From: an uncultured Lentisphaerales bacterium
Lineage (GTDB): Bacteria; Verrucomicrobiota; Lentisphaeria; JABSQK01; CAJWLW01
NCBI GenBank assembly: GCA_964460215.1
Contig: CAYWQM010000015.1
Coordinates: forward strand, 1 to 63,032
Direction of reading: 5' to 3'
DNA length: 63,032 nt
Part shown: positions 9,531 to 19,164 of the stretch, piece by piece
How positions within the stretch are numbered: the first letter of the stretch is position 1
How the letters are laid out: every line of letters begins with the position of its first letter
Made by a program: the position numbers and the translations under genes
The notes under the pieces: model-generated
Seen by the model: only the letters and a program-made list of their open reading frames with translations
Database searches by the model: none
Told to the model about the DNA's origin: nothing

Positions 9531-11093
9531 ATGCGGATGCTGTGGAATTATATCGGCTTTGACAGCTCGCGAATGACGGTGCAGGGATTAGTCCGTCAGT
9601 TCGCTGTTGTGTTCGGGATTTTTGCGATTATCGGTCTCTCCTGGCCATGGCTCGTTCAATTGGTGAGCGAACGGGCGCGCATCTCGCAGGCGTACGAAAA
9701 CGGATTAGGATCCGGCGATCGCCTGCTGATTGAGTATCTTGAGCGCTCCCCGGATGCGACATGGGCTTGGTATACGCTGGTGACGCAGCCGCGACACGAT
9801 GATACGGGACTGGACAAGTCCGAGCTGCTGTCACGCATAGAAACCTGCCCGGTACTGCCGCCGGTTGTTTTGCGGGCCTGGTACTACCTGTACACGGACG
9901 GCACCGAGCGTGCTTTGCATGAACTGGATGGCGGCGGGGATGTCCAGACTCATCTGGCACGAATCCGGATTTACCTCGCGAACATGTCTTTGGAAGAGGC
10001 ACTTGCTGCGGCAGGGGAGGCTGTTGCGGCGCATCCCGACAGTGTGAAGGCGCGTGCCTATGCGATCGACCTGCTGACTCAGTTCGGACGTTTTGACGAG
10101 GCGCAGGCGCTACTGGAGGACGCGGACTATGAGGTGCCCGGGATAGCGGGCGCCAAGGCCCGGATCTATCTACATGCCGGCGACTATGTGCGTATGTCGA
10201 TCGCGACGGTGGCAGATGAAGTGAGCAGTTACCCACTGCGCGCTCCGTCGGTGATCGCTTCACTGATCTGCGGCTTGGCCTGGCTGGCGTTTGTGCTGCA
10301 CATGGGCCGTGTCTCGGCCTGGTCGCGAGGTGACAGGGGAGTGGCTGTCGTAGCCCTGCTCTGCGGTTTCGCCAGTGCAATTGTCTGCCTCATTCCGATC
10401 TACCTGATGGAACCGTATTTTACTTTTCCTTCGGAGGACCTGGTCTACAACTTTCTCTACTGTGTGATCGCTATCGGAATCAAGGAAGAACTTGTGAAGT
10501 TGTTGCTGGTGATCCCGCTGCTGCCGTATCTGGTCCGGCAGCGAGACCGCCTGAAGATCCTGTCGATCACCTCTATCGTCGGTCTCGGTTTCGCGATGAA
10601 CGAGAACATCGGATATTTCCTTGGCGGCGGCAGTGTCGTTGTGTCTCGATTCCTGACGGCGAATTTCTTTCACATGGTACTGACCGGCTACTGCGGCTAT
10701 TACCTGGTTCGGGCTGTCCAGGGCGGCGGCGGGCATTGGAATGTCTTTGCCCTCCAGGTGTTGAAGATGTCTGCGATCCATGGCATTTACGATTTGCTGC
10801 TGACTATGGATGCCGTGCTGGAGGGGGTGAGTCTGTTTGCCATGGCTGTTTATATCTGGCTGTCCCAGGTGTATCTGCGACTGGTCCTGGAAAGTGACCG
10901 CGAGACGGCGCGAAAACTGCCGTTGACACGGCTTTTTGTCGCGCTGATGGCGGTAGTTACAGGCAGTGCATTTGTTCTGGGTACGAGCTATCTGCCACCG
11001 CGCGTGGCGCTTGAGAACACGGTTTTTGGGGCAGTCGGGGTGGGGGTTATCACCGTCATGTTCTTTCGTGAGTTCAGGGAACGTGTCTACTGA
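9531..11093 (+). CDS. PrsW-family intramembrane glutamic protease with N-terminal TPR-like region
   Basis: GIKEELVK, GLGFAMNEN, FFHM, IHGIYD motifs; multiple TM helices. Confidence 0.8.
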   Translation: MRMLWNYIGFDSSRMTVQGLVRQFAVVFGIFAIIGLSWPWLVQLVSERARISQAYENGLGSGDRLLIEYLERSPDATWAWYTLVTQPRHDDTGLDKSELLSRIETCPVLPPVVLRAWYYLYTDGTERALHELDGGGDVQTHLARIRIYLANMSLEEALAAAGEAVAAHPDSVKARAYAIDLLTQFGRFDEAQALLEDADYEVPGIAGAKARIYLHAGDYVRMSIATVADEVSSYPLRAPSVIASLICGLAWLAFVLHMGRVSAWSRGDRGVAVVALLCGFASAIVCLIPIYLMEPYFTFPSEDLVYNFLYCVIAIGIKEELVKLLLVIPLLPYLVRQRDRLKILSITSIVGLGFAMNENIGYFLGGGSVVVSRFLTANFFHMVLTGYCGYYLVRAVQGGGGHWNVFALQVLKMSAIHGIYDLLLTMDAVLEGVSLFAMAVYIWLSQVYLRLVLESDRETARKLPLTRLFVALMAVVTGSAFVLGTSYLPPRVALENTVFGAVGVGVITVMFFREFRERVY

Positions 11094-11128
11094 TTAACCT
11101 GCTTGTCGCTTCTTTATCGTCAGTTCAC

Positions 11129-11156
11129 TTGTCATTCTTGAACAGTTGCGTACTAT
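11129..11156 (+). promoter_or_regulatory. Putative sigma70 promoter upstream of the XRE regulator
   Basis: TTGTCA-N16-TACTAT. Confidence 0.45.
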
Positions 11157-11284
11157 AGGCGCTTTCGCAGTGCCGCTTATGCTGTGAATCAAGCTGATGC
11201 CGGGAAATTTATGCGGCCTGAAAAGTTGATCAGACAGGGGCGTTGGCCAATGGTTCACGCAGATTCAGGCTTTCGGGGGGTGGT

Positions 11285-11704
11285 ATGAGGAACATTGATT
11301 GGGCGAACCTGGTAGTCGCCATTATGGATCGCCTTATCATTTCCCAGGCAGAGCTGGCAAAGCGCTGCAAGGTGGCGCAACAGACTGTATCGACTTGGAA
11401 GAAGGGAACGCGTACGCCCAGTGTTTTTGCCCGGCGGCAGTTGATGGAATTTGCCGGCGAAGCTGAACTGAATCTCATCTTCTTTAGCCGCGGCGCAGAG
11501 TCCGGTTCAGGGCACGATGTCCCCGAACATGGGGACCGGGTGGCCGGGATGACGGAAGATGGCGCCGGATATTGCCCGCAGACAACTGAATATGTGGCGG
11601 TTTTGCAGCAGTTACCGCCACACATTGCCGAAGAGGTGCTGGAATACGCCCGCTTAAAGCTCGACTCACATCGCGGTATGAAGATCGATCCCAATCGCCC
11701 TTGA
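11285..11704 (+). CDS. XRE-family helix-turn-helix transcriptional regulator
   Basis: SQAELAKRCKVAQQTVSTWKKGTRTP. Confidence 0.85.
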   Translation: MRNIDWANLVVAIMDRLIISQAELAKRCKVAQQTVSTWKKGTRTPSVFARRQLMEFAGEAELNLIFFSRGAESGSGHDVPEHGDRVAGMTEDGAGYCPQTTEYVAVLQQLPPHIAEEVLEYARLKLDSHRGMKIDPNRP

Positions 11705-11891
11705 TTCGAGCCGCCTCGATCGTTGCCCTGAACTACTCACGAACCGTTATCTCATCGCCCTGAGCTGCTCGCAGTGCGGGCCAGCTTCATAAAGGCACCT
11801 GACTGTCATTGTTCATCTCATGACTATGTGTCGTGGATTCTGCCGGGTCACACAGTAAATTGATGAAAAATAAATGCATAGAGGTTTAGTC

Positions 11892-13298
11892 ATGCCCGAC
11901 AACAATGCGACAATCACTGCCTTGCGCGAGGCTCTGGAAGTTTCACCGGACAACGTACCGTTGCGGTGCCATCTGGGCGAGACGCTACTGACCGACAACG
12001 AGATCGAAAACGCCGAGGTGGAGTTCCGCAAAGTGCTGAGTTTCGACCCGAAATCGGACCGGGCGAAGTTGGGTCTCAGTCGCGCCTACGGTGCACAAGG
12101 AAAGAACAGCGCTGCCTTGGTCATCGTCGAGGACCTGGCGGCAGCACCCGATGCCCCTGCCATGGTGCTGGTGACTTGTGCAGAGGTTTTTCTGAAGAAC
12201 AACATGCGCGACGATGCCCTGACCACCTATAGACGGGCGCTCGATCGTGACCCAGGTGTTGCTGACAGCATTCTGGCGGCTCGGCTCGGGATCACTCCGG
12301 AGGCTGCCCGATCCGGGAATGTCTGGGAGGAGGACGTAGAAGAAGAAGAAGAGGAAGACAGCGACAGCTTTATCGTCGACGGCCGCCGCCGGCAAAGTGC
12401 GGAAGGCGACGACGAGGACATGTTCACGGAGACCGAGCGACCGGATATAGACTTTTCCGCTGTCGGCGGTATGGAAGACGTCAAGGACGAGATCCGCCTG
12501 AAGATTATTCTGCCGATGAGTAACAAGGAGCTGTACGCCACTTACGGCAAGAAGGCTGGTGGAGGAATTCTCCTGTATGGCCCGCCAGGTTGCGGCAAGA
12601 CACACATCGCCCGAGCCACTGCCGGTGAAGTCAAGGCCGGGTTCATGTCGATCGGCCTGAACGATGTGCTCGACATGTGGATTGGCCGCAGTGAAGAAAA
12701 ACTGCACGCGATCTTCGAGCAGGCGCGCAACAACACACCATGCGTCCTGTTTTTCGATGAGGTCGATGCACTTGGTGCCAGCCGCAGTGATATCCGCTCG
12801 GGTACCGGCGGTCGCCATCTGATCAACCAGTTTTTGGCGGAGCTTGATGGCGTCGACAGCAACAACGAGGGCGTCCTGATTCTCGCCGCGACCAATGCAC
12901 CCTGGCACGTCGACAGCGCCTTTCGACGCCCCGGTCGATTTGACCGGGTTATTTTTGTGCCGCCACCCGACGACCTCGCACGCGAAGAAATCCTTGGCCT
13001 ACAGCTCCACGGCAAGCCGGTCGATAATGTCGATTGCAAAAAGGTTGCCCGGAAACTCTCCGATTTCTCCGGCGCCGACATCGCTGCGATCGTCGACGTC
13101 ACCGTGGAGGATAAACTGCGCGCCGCGATGCAGTCCGGGGTGCCGGTGCCGATCGCCACGGGGGATCTGCTCAAGGCCTCGGGGAAGCTGAAGCCGACGA
13201 CCAAGGACTGGCTTGCTTCGGCACGCAACTATGCCCTGTACTCGAACGAGTCCGGTCTTTACGACGACGTGCTCACCTACCTGAAAATCAGAAAGTAA
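11892..13298 (+). CDS. AAA+ ATPase with N-terminal TPR domain and acidic linker
   Basis: Walker A GPPGCGKT, Walker B LFFDEVD, SRH ATNAPWHVDSAFRRPGRFD; TPR helices; EEEEEEDSD linker. Confidence 0.92.
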   Translation: MPDNNATITALREALEVSPDNVPLRCHLGETLLTDNEIENAEVEFRKVLSFDPKSDRAKLGLSRAYGAQGKNSAALVIVEDLAAAPDAPAMVLVTCAEVFLKNNMRDDALTTYRRALDRDPGVADSILAARLGITPEAARSGNVWEEDVEEEEEEDSDSFIVDGRRRQSAEGDDEDMFTETERPDIDFSAVGGMEDVKDEIRLKIILPMSNKELYATYGKKAGGGILLYGPPGCGKTHIARATAGEVKAGFMSIGLNDVLDMWIGRSEEKLHAIFEQARNNTPCVLFFDEVDALGASRSDIRSGTGGRHLINQFLAELDGVDSNNEGVLILAATNAPWHVDSAFRRPGRFDRVIFVPPPDDLAREEILGLQLHGKPVDNVDCKKVARKLSDFSGADIAAIVDVTVEDKLRAAMQSGVPVPIATGDLLKASGKLKPTTKDWLASARNYALYSNESGLYDDVLTYLKIRK

Positions 13299-13356
13299 TG
13301 GTGTGGCGGAGCAATAAGCCTTTACCACGCCGCTATTCCGTCACACTGCCCCTCTC

Positions 13357-14583
13357 ATGAGTGAAAATCTGCAACGGGCCCAACTGTTGATTGATCAGGG
13401 GCGCTATGATGATGCCTGCAAAGTGCTCATGGTGGCGCTTGCGGAGACGCCGGATCATCCGGACGTCCATCTGCTGCTGGCTTTCTGCATGAGTGAGAAG
13501 GGGGATCATGCCAAGGCTGTTGAGCATGCGGAATCCGCCATCGCGCGACAGCCCGAGTACGCCTATGCCCATTATGCCTATGCCAGTGTGCTGCTGGGCG
13601 CCGGCAAGCAGCGTCAGGCGCTGGCGCCGGCTATGGAGTCGGTGCGCCTGGAGACCGACAACCCGACCAACCACGGGATCGTTGCCGTCGTGCACATGAT
13701 GCTCAGGAACTGGCGTGAGGCCTGCGAGGCCGCCGAGGCGGGACTGCGCCTCGACCCGCAGAACGGTGGTTGCCTGAACGTCCGGGCAATCGCTTTACGC
13801 TCACTCGGGTTAACCGATGAATCCGGGTTGTCGATCGATTCCGCCCTCAGCCGTGACCCGGAGGATTCGTGGTCGCATGCGAACAAAGGCTGGAACGAAC
13901 TGCATACCGGCGAGGCCAACAGTGCTGTCGACAGCTTCAAGGAAGCTCTGCGTCTGGATCCCAATTCGGAGTGGGCGCGCGCCGGCCTGGTCGAAGCATT
14001 CAAGGCACGCAACCCGGTGTACGCCTGCATCCTGCGCTATTTCCTGTGGATGTCGAAGCTCAAGCCCGGGGTGCAGATCGGACTGATTATTGGCGCAGTC
14101 GTCGGCGTCCAGCTCATTCTGTACATCTCGCAGGCGGTGCCGGCGCTGGCGCTGGCCGGTCAGGTCCTGGTGTTCTTGTACATCCTCTTTGTCTTGACGA
14201 GCTGGTGTGCCGTGCCGTTTTTTAATCTGCTGCTGCGTTTCCATCACGAGGGGCGGCACGCTCTGACCGGCCGGGAGCGTCGCTCCGCCACCTGGCTCGG
14301 CATAGTACTGCTGTTGATTCTAACAGTGGATGTGTTTTTCATGACCCAGGGCGTGTTCAACCTGTGGTCTCTGCTGTTCCCGGTGCTCCTCGTATTCCCG
14401 ACCGTGACTGCCTGCCGAGCTCGTCCGATAGGCCCGAAGGTGCTGACTACACTCTATACATTGGCCGCGGCTGTATTGCTGATCGGAGCCCTCTTCGGGG
14501 AGCGCGAGGACTGGGAAAATCCCTACATCTGGATGTGCGTGCTGTCGACCTGGTTCGTCAATCTCGTACCGACTCACGACTGA
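13357..14583 (+). CDS. TPR-repeat protein with C-terminal membrane domain
   Basis: About 6 TPR-like repeats followed by about 6 hydrophobic helices. Confidence 0.82.
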   Translation: MSENLQRAQLLIDQGRYDDACKVLMVALAETPDHPDVHLLLAFCMSEKGDHAKAVEHAESAIARQPEYAYAHYAYASVLLGAGKQRQALAPAMESVRLETDNPTNHGIVAVVHMMLRNWREACEAAEAGLRLDPQNGGCLNVRAIALRSLGLTDESGLSIDSALSRDPEDSWSHANKGWNELHTGEANSAVDSFKEALRLDPNSEWARAGLVEAFKARNPVYACILRYFLWMSKLKPGVQIGLIIGAVVGVQLILYISQAVPALALAGQVLVFLYILFVLTSWCAVPFFNLLLRFHHEGRHALTGRERRSATWLGIVLLLILTVDVFFMTQGVFNLWSLLFPVLLVFPTVTACRARPIGPKVLTTLYTLAAAVLLIGALFGEREDWENPYIWMCVLSTWFVNLVPTHD

Positions 14584-14630
14584 TGCACTGTGCCGCAAAG
14601 GGCAAGTGAACTTCACCTGGAGCGTTGAAG

Positions 14631-14756
14631 ATGACTGAAGAGGAAGCACTTGCTGCACGGCGACGAACACGGTGGATGGTGATTCCAGGCGACTTCGAGG
14701 TTGACCAGTTCATGGCGCTTATGCAGCAGCATGCTGAACGCACGGAGCGAAGATAG
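14631..14756 (+). CDS. Possible small protein (41 aa, MTEEEALAARRRTRWMVIPGDFEVDQF...)
   Basis: Open frame below the ORF-track cutoff, with GGAG about 9 nt upstream; no recognisable homology. Confidence 0.25.
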   Translation: MTEEEALAARRRTRWMVIPGDFEVDQFMALMQQHAERTERR

Positions 14757-14886
14757 GATTAACGGCTTGCGCGGTTCGAGGTCTACGACAGGGAAGCGCA
14801 TGCCATGGAAGATGCTGTATTGCCATGACACACGCACTGTTTTAAGTTCTGCGAGTTGCCAGAGTTCATGACTCCCGGGTATTCCA

Positions 14887-17800
14887 ATGGTTATGCTTTG
14901 CCGCTGCTGTTTCTTCGCAAGCACCGTTTTTTTTGTGCTCTTATTCGTCGTTCGTCCGGCGGCCGGAAAAGCTGACCCCGCGTCGATCGAGGCCATCGAA
15001 AAGCACATTGCCCGGCTGCAGGGGCGCATCGACAAGTCGCGTGTCGATACACAACCGGAAACGATGAGCCTGCAGGTAGCCCAGCAGTTCATCGAGCACA
15101 TCGGCTGGGATCTTGCCAATCGCAAAGACCTGGCGAAGGCGCTGGCTGCGTCGCACCTGTCCAATGCCGAGGCCGAGGCGCAGGCGCGGGCATTGCCGGA
15201 ACGCCAGGGGCTGCAGGTGATTGGCCTGCTGGAGGATGCGCTCAATCGCCTGGACGCTCTCAAGACGCGCAAGGGTTTGCGGCGTACGCCTGGTCCGGTC
15301 GACTGGCAGGAGTTGACGATTCGGGCGCACACCTTCCGCAGCGGTGACCGGATTGTCTTCCCCGGCGGCTTCGGGGAGATTCCCGATGCCGACGATCTCG
15401 GAGCGGTGGCGGCGCTCGGTGGCGCCTTCGCTGCCGGTTGGGCAGCTCCCGATGGCGTCATCAAAACGGACGGTGATGTCAACAGCCGCACGATCAGGCA
15501 GGTTCAGAAACATTTCGAACGTACACGCGCTGTGGGGATGCAAAGCGAGCTGACCCTGTCGCACCTGACGAAGACCGGGGTCGGCAAGCGCTACGACGGC
15601 ATCCGCGATGTTAAGTACGGCGGCGTTCAGTACGACATCGACCACCCGGATGTGCGGCGCATGTGGAAACGCGTGATCGAGACGGTTGCGCCTAAAGCTG
15701 CGCTGGCCGGAAAATTTTTCGCCTGGCGCCTGGTTGAGCGTCCCGCCTTCCCGACGGGTACGAAGGTGTCGACCCACACGATCGAGAAGTACAGCGCCTG
15801 GCTGCAGGAACATCACAGCGGCATCGCCGCACTTAACAAGCACTGGGGCACAGCGCATGCATCGTTTGATGTAATCACTGCACCCGGCAAGAAAACGGGC
15901 GCTGGTGAGTGGCACGACTGGTGTGTGTTCAATGGGTGGCGCGTCGATCAGTGGCTGGCCATGCTGCAGGATCTCTGTCGGACGCATCTGGATTCTGCGG
16001 TGGCTTATCCGATGCTTGGTGAGATTGTCGGATTGCCGGTTGCCGGTGACCGCCCGCAGGATGGTCATGCAGTCAGTGGTCTTGATCTGGAGTCGATTGC
16101 AAACGCTTTTCCGATGGTCGCTTTCAGCGCCCCGACACCGGCGCTGGCGGGTGACCCCTGGCTTTTTGATTGGCGTGCGAGCGCTCTGACGTTTGATCTC
16201 ATGCGGTCGATTGCCCCCGATACTTTGCTGCTGGCGACGAATTGGCGTGGATTGGGTGCGGGTGAGCAGCGGCATCCGGAACTGTCCGCCGGACACATTC
16301 GTTGTGCGTTGTGGATGCTGCACCTGCACGGCGCCGGTGGTTCGCAGGCGGCGGATTGGTTGCGGGCCGAGTCGAAACCGGTTAAGTCCGGCGCCGAAGA
16401 TTTCCATGCCAGCATCCTGACGCAGCCGCGAATGCTGGATGAGTACGCTCGCACCGTGTACGAAATGAATGCCTGGGCGTCAATCATCGACAGCGTCGCC
16501 CGGGCGCCGTCAGCCATTCACGTCTTGTACTCGCCGGCGGCGGCGGCGCAAAGCGGTGATCATATGTTGACGTTGCTCGAGACGTACGAGTCGCTTGTTG
16601 GACTCGGTGGCGGTGTGTCGTTTCTGAGTGAATCGATGCTCGAGAAGGGGGTTCCCGACAGTTGCCGATGGCTGGTCGTGCCGGCGGTTGACTACATTGG
16701 CGAAACAGCACTCGACCAATTGCGTGGGTTCGCCGGAAACGGCGGGCATGTGTCGCTGGTCGGTGACTGCCTGACGCACGATCTGCATGGTCGAGTACAT
16801 GATGCAGCGGTGATTGCTTGGTCTGCCGGGCAGCATCGGCTGGCGCCCGGGCCCGCTACTGTCTTGTTTCCGGAGTTCGCAGCGAGAGCTGCCGAGATCC
16901 GCGCAAGGATGCCGTTGTCGTGTATTACGGCCGATGGCAAATCGCTGGCCGGACTTGTGTGGCGGCAGATTCCCTGGAACGGAGGTATTCTCACGGCTAT
17001 TACCAATCCGCGTCGGGAAACTGTGCCGGTGGCCTTCAAGCTGGGCGATCGCCTGCTCGGTTCATCGTATGACCTGATCGATGGCGGCAAGCGGGACATG
17101 AAAAAATTTCATCTGGAGCCGTATGCAGTCCATCTGTTCTACTTCGGCAGCGAGGAGAACAGCAAGGCTGTGGCAGAATCACTGACCCAGAGTAATCCGG
17201 GGCGTGCCGTCGTGCGCGCGTTGCGCCGCCAACACAAGCAGGCTGTTGCAGTCGATGCTGCCAAAGCAGCAGCCGACCTGTTGCAGCCGATGTCATCGAT
17301 GGACTTTGATCCGCCCCGTAAACTCGTAATGCTCGGCTGTAGCTATGCGTTCCTGTCCTCGCAGAAGCGGGACCTGGACAACCGCGTTCGCCGGGGCGAC
17401 AGAAGCGGTCGGACACGACGGTTGCAGGCGCATTACAGTGAACGAAATTATGGCCTGTCGACAGTCGTTAAAAGTGAAGCGGAGAAGCATGCCGTACGGA
17501 GACGGGCCCGGCTGAAGGCCGCGACGCGCCGGCTGGACCGCCTGGAGAAGAGTGATGATCCCGAGCCCGCCGAACTGGCGATGGCGCGATCGGAAAAGCA
17601 ACGGCAAGAGCTGCTCTATGATGCCTTTCGTGGTGACCTCAATCCCGCCGTGGGCGCCGGCAGGAATTCTGTGCATTCACTAAAAAGCCGAAACACACCT
17701 AAACTTTTGGGACGCACTCTTGGCGGCGACTTATATAAAACATCGGCCCAAGTCGGCGAGAAATACATCGTCGTGACGTTCTGGTCGAGCAGGTCGCCGG

Positions 17801-18159
17801 CATCGATTGCAGCAACGCGCGCGTTGGCCCGGGTTTCGCGAGAACTGGATGGTGACAGGGTCGATGTCGTGGCAATTAATATCGGCGACGATCGCCAGAG
17901 TATTTTAGATGCTTTCGAGACATTGCCAGAGAATGTCATACTCCTGCAGGGATTAAAGCCGGAGAAAAAGCCGAATGCGAAGAAAGAGCCGAAGACGATG
18001 ATCGAAACCTGCAAACTGAAGATTCTGCCGACATCGCTGGTGATCGACAACTCCGGCACTACCAAGCTGGTGCTTGTTGGCAATGATCGGGACAACGCCA
18101 AGCGCCTGATCAAGCGCGTAGAGTTGTTGGTCTACGATGACGAGACATCGGATGATTAG
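14887..18159 (+). CDS. Secreted GH42-like (beta-galactosidase-type) protein fused to a C-terminal thioredoxin-fold (TlpA-like) domain
   Basis: Signal peptide; YDIDHP, WLQEHHSGIAALNKHWGT, WHDW; trimerisation-like domain; C-terminal YIVVTFWSSRSPAS...VVAINIGD...LPTSLVID. Confidence 0.7.
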   Translation: MVMLCRCCFFASTVFFVLLFVVRPAAGKADPASIEAIEKHIARLQGRIDKSRVDTQPETMSLQVAQQFIEHIGWDLANRKDLAKALAASHLSNAEAEAQARALPERQGLQVIGLLEDALNRLDALKTRKGLRRTPGPVDWQELTIRAHTFRSGDRIVFPGGFGEIPDADDLGAVAALGGAFAAGWAAPDGVIKTDGDVNSRTIRQVQKHFERTRAVGMQSELTLSHLTKTGVGKRYDGIRDVKYGGVQYDIDHPDVRRMWKRVIETVAPKAALAGKFFAWRLVERPAFPTGTKVSTHTIEKYSAWLQEHHSGIAALNKHWGTAHASFDVITAPGKKTGAGEWHDWCVFNGWRVDQWLAMLQDLCRTHLDSAVAYPMLGEIVGLPVAGDRPQDGHAVSGLDLESIANAFPMVAFSAPTPALAGDPWLFDWRASALTFDLMRSIAPDTLLLATNWRGLGAGEQRHPELSAGHIRCALWMLHLHGAGGSQAADWLRAESKPVKSGAEDFHASILTQPRMLDEYARTVYEMNAWASIIDSVARAPSAIHVLYSPAAAAQSGDHMLTLLETYESLVGLGGGVSFLSESMLEKGVPDSCRWLVVPAVDYIGETALDQLRGFAGNGGHVSLVGDCLTHDLHGRVHDAAVIAWSAGQHRLAPGPATVLFPEFAARAAEIRARMPLSCITADGKSLAGLVWRQIPWNGGILTAITNPRRETVPVAFKLGDRLLGSSYDLIDGGKRDMKKFHLEPYAVHLFYFGSEENSKAVAESLTQSNPGRAVVRALRRQHKQAVAVDAAKAAADLLQPMSSMDFDPPRKLVMLGCSYAFLSSQKRDLDNRVRRGDRSGRTRRLQAHYSERNYGLSTVVKSEAEKHAVRRRARLKAATRRLDRLEKSDDPEPAELAMARSEKQRQELLYDAFRGDLNPAVGAGRNSVHSLKSRNTPKLLGRTLGGDLYKTSAQVGEKYIVVTFWSSRSPASIAATRALARVSRELDGDRVDVVAINIGDDRQSILDAFETLPENVILLQGLKPEKKPNAKKEPKTMIETCKLKILPTSLVIDNSGTTKLVLVGNDRDNAKRLIKRVELLVYDDETSDD

Positions 18160-18176
18160 AGGGTAAAACTACTAAA

Positions 18177-19079
18177 ATGACTGTTCCGGCACATCTGATT
18201 GCGGGGTTTCTTGGATCCGGCAAGACAACGTTGTTGAACTACCTGCTTCACCATGTGCCGCCGGGATTGCGGCCAGCGGTTATTGTCAATGATTTTGGCA
18301 AGGTGACGATTGATGGCAGGCTTGTCGAGGGTGACGCTTTGGCGATGGTCGAGCTGGCATCCGGCTGTATCTGTTGTTCGCTGCAGGGTGCACTGGTCGA
18401 TGGTCTGGTTGAGCTGGTGGAAGGACATGCGCCGGATGTCATTCTAATCGAGTCGAGCGGCATTGCGCAGCCGGCTGAGTTGCCTCCCGTGTTTGGGTAC
18501 ACTGACCTGTCGAGCGTAGTTGATCTTGGCAATGTCGTGTGCGTTGTCGATGCGACGACCTTCAGCCGGTACGCTCCGCAGATGCCGATGCTTCGCCTGC
18601 AGGTGGAACAGGCGAATACGATCGTGCTGAATAAGGTTGCCGATACGTTGCCGGAAACCCTGGTGGAGGTAAGGCAGCAGCTCGAGTATCTGGTACAGCC
18701 CGAGGCAGTCATTGTCGACAGTAATTTTTGCGAACTCGATGTCGGCCTGATCTACGATCAACGGCCGACCTATTTCGTGGAGCGCCCGTCTGCCGATATC
18801 GTGCCGGATCACGGTTTTCACAGTTACACGATTGAAGAGAGTGCGGCAACCTATGACTGCGAGCGCCTGTGTATCTGGCTCGATACCCTGGTCGGGCAGG
18901 TTGAGCGGGCGAAGGGAATGTTGCGTACGACCGCCGGCATGAAGCTTGTCCAGCTCACGCCGGGAGCAGTCGAGGTGTCCGACTGGCTCGGGCCGGAAAC
19001 ATCGTCGAGAATTGTTTTCGTCGGCAGGCAGTTGCAGGGTAGGGCGTTGACCGAGGCGTTGCAGGGGCTGCAGGTATAG
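18177..19079 (+). CDS. COG0523 (CobW-like) metallochaperone GTPase
   Basis: GFLGSGKTT, VNDFG, GCICC, IESSG, NKVA, RAKG. Confidence 0.92.
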   Translation: MTVPAHLIAGFLGSGKTTLLNYLLHHVPPGLRPAVIVNDFGKVTIDGRLVEGDALAMVELASGCICCSLQGALVDGLVELVEGHAPDVILIESSGIAQPAELPPVFGYTDLSSVVDLGNVVCVVDATTFSRYAPQMPMLRLQVEQANTIVLNKVADTLPETLVEVRQQLEYLVQPEAVIVDSNFCELDVGLIYDQRPTYFVERPSADIVPDHGFHSYTIEESAATYDCERLCIWLDTLVGQVERAKGMLRTTAGMKLVQLTPGAVEVSDWLGPETSSRIVFVGRQLQGRALTEALQGLQV

Positions 19080-19164
19080 TTTTTTTCACTCCATACCTTG
19101 CTGCTGTGAAGACGGGACTTTCCTGACATTTGCATCTTGTCCTGTTTTGCGTATTGTCCAACCT

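Noticed and set aside
14941-16407. Long antisense ORFs (e.g. 14941-16407, 11985-12908, 55465-56496, 49252-50301)
   Set aside because: These are shadows of GC-rich coding genes on the opposite strand, with no motifs.
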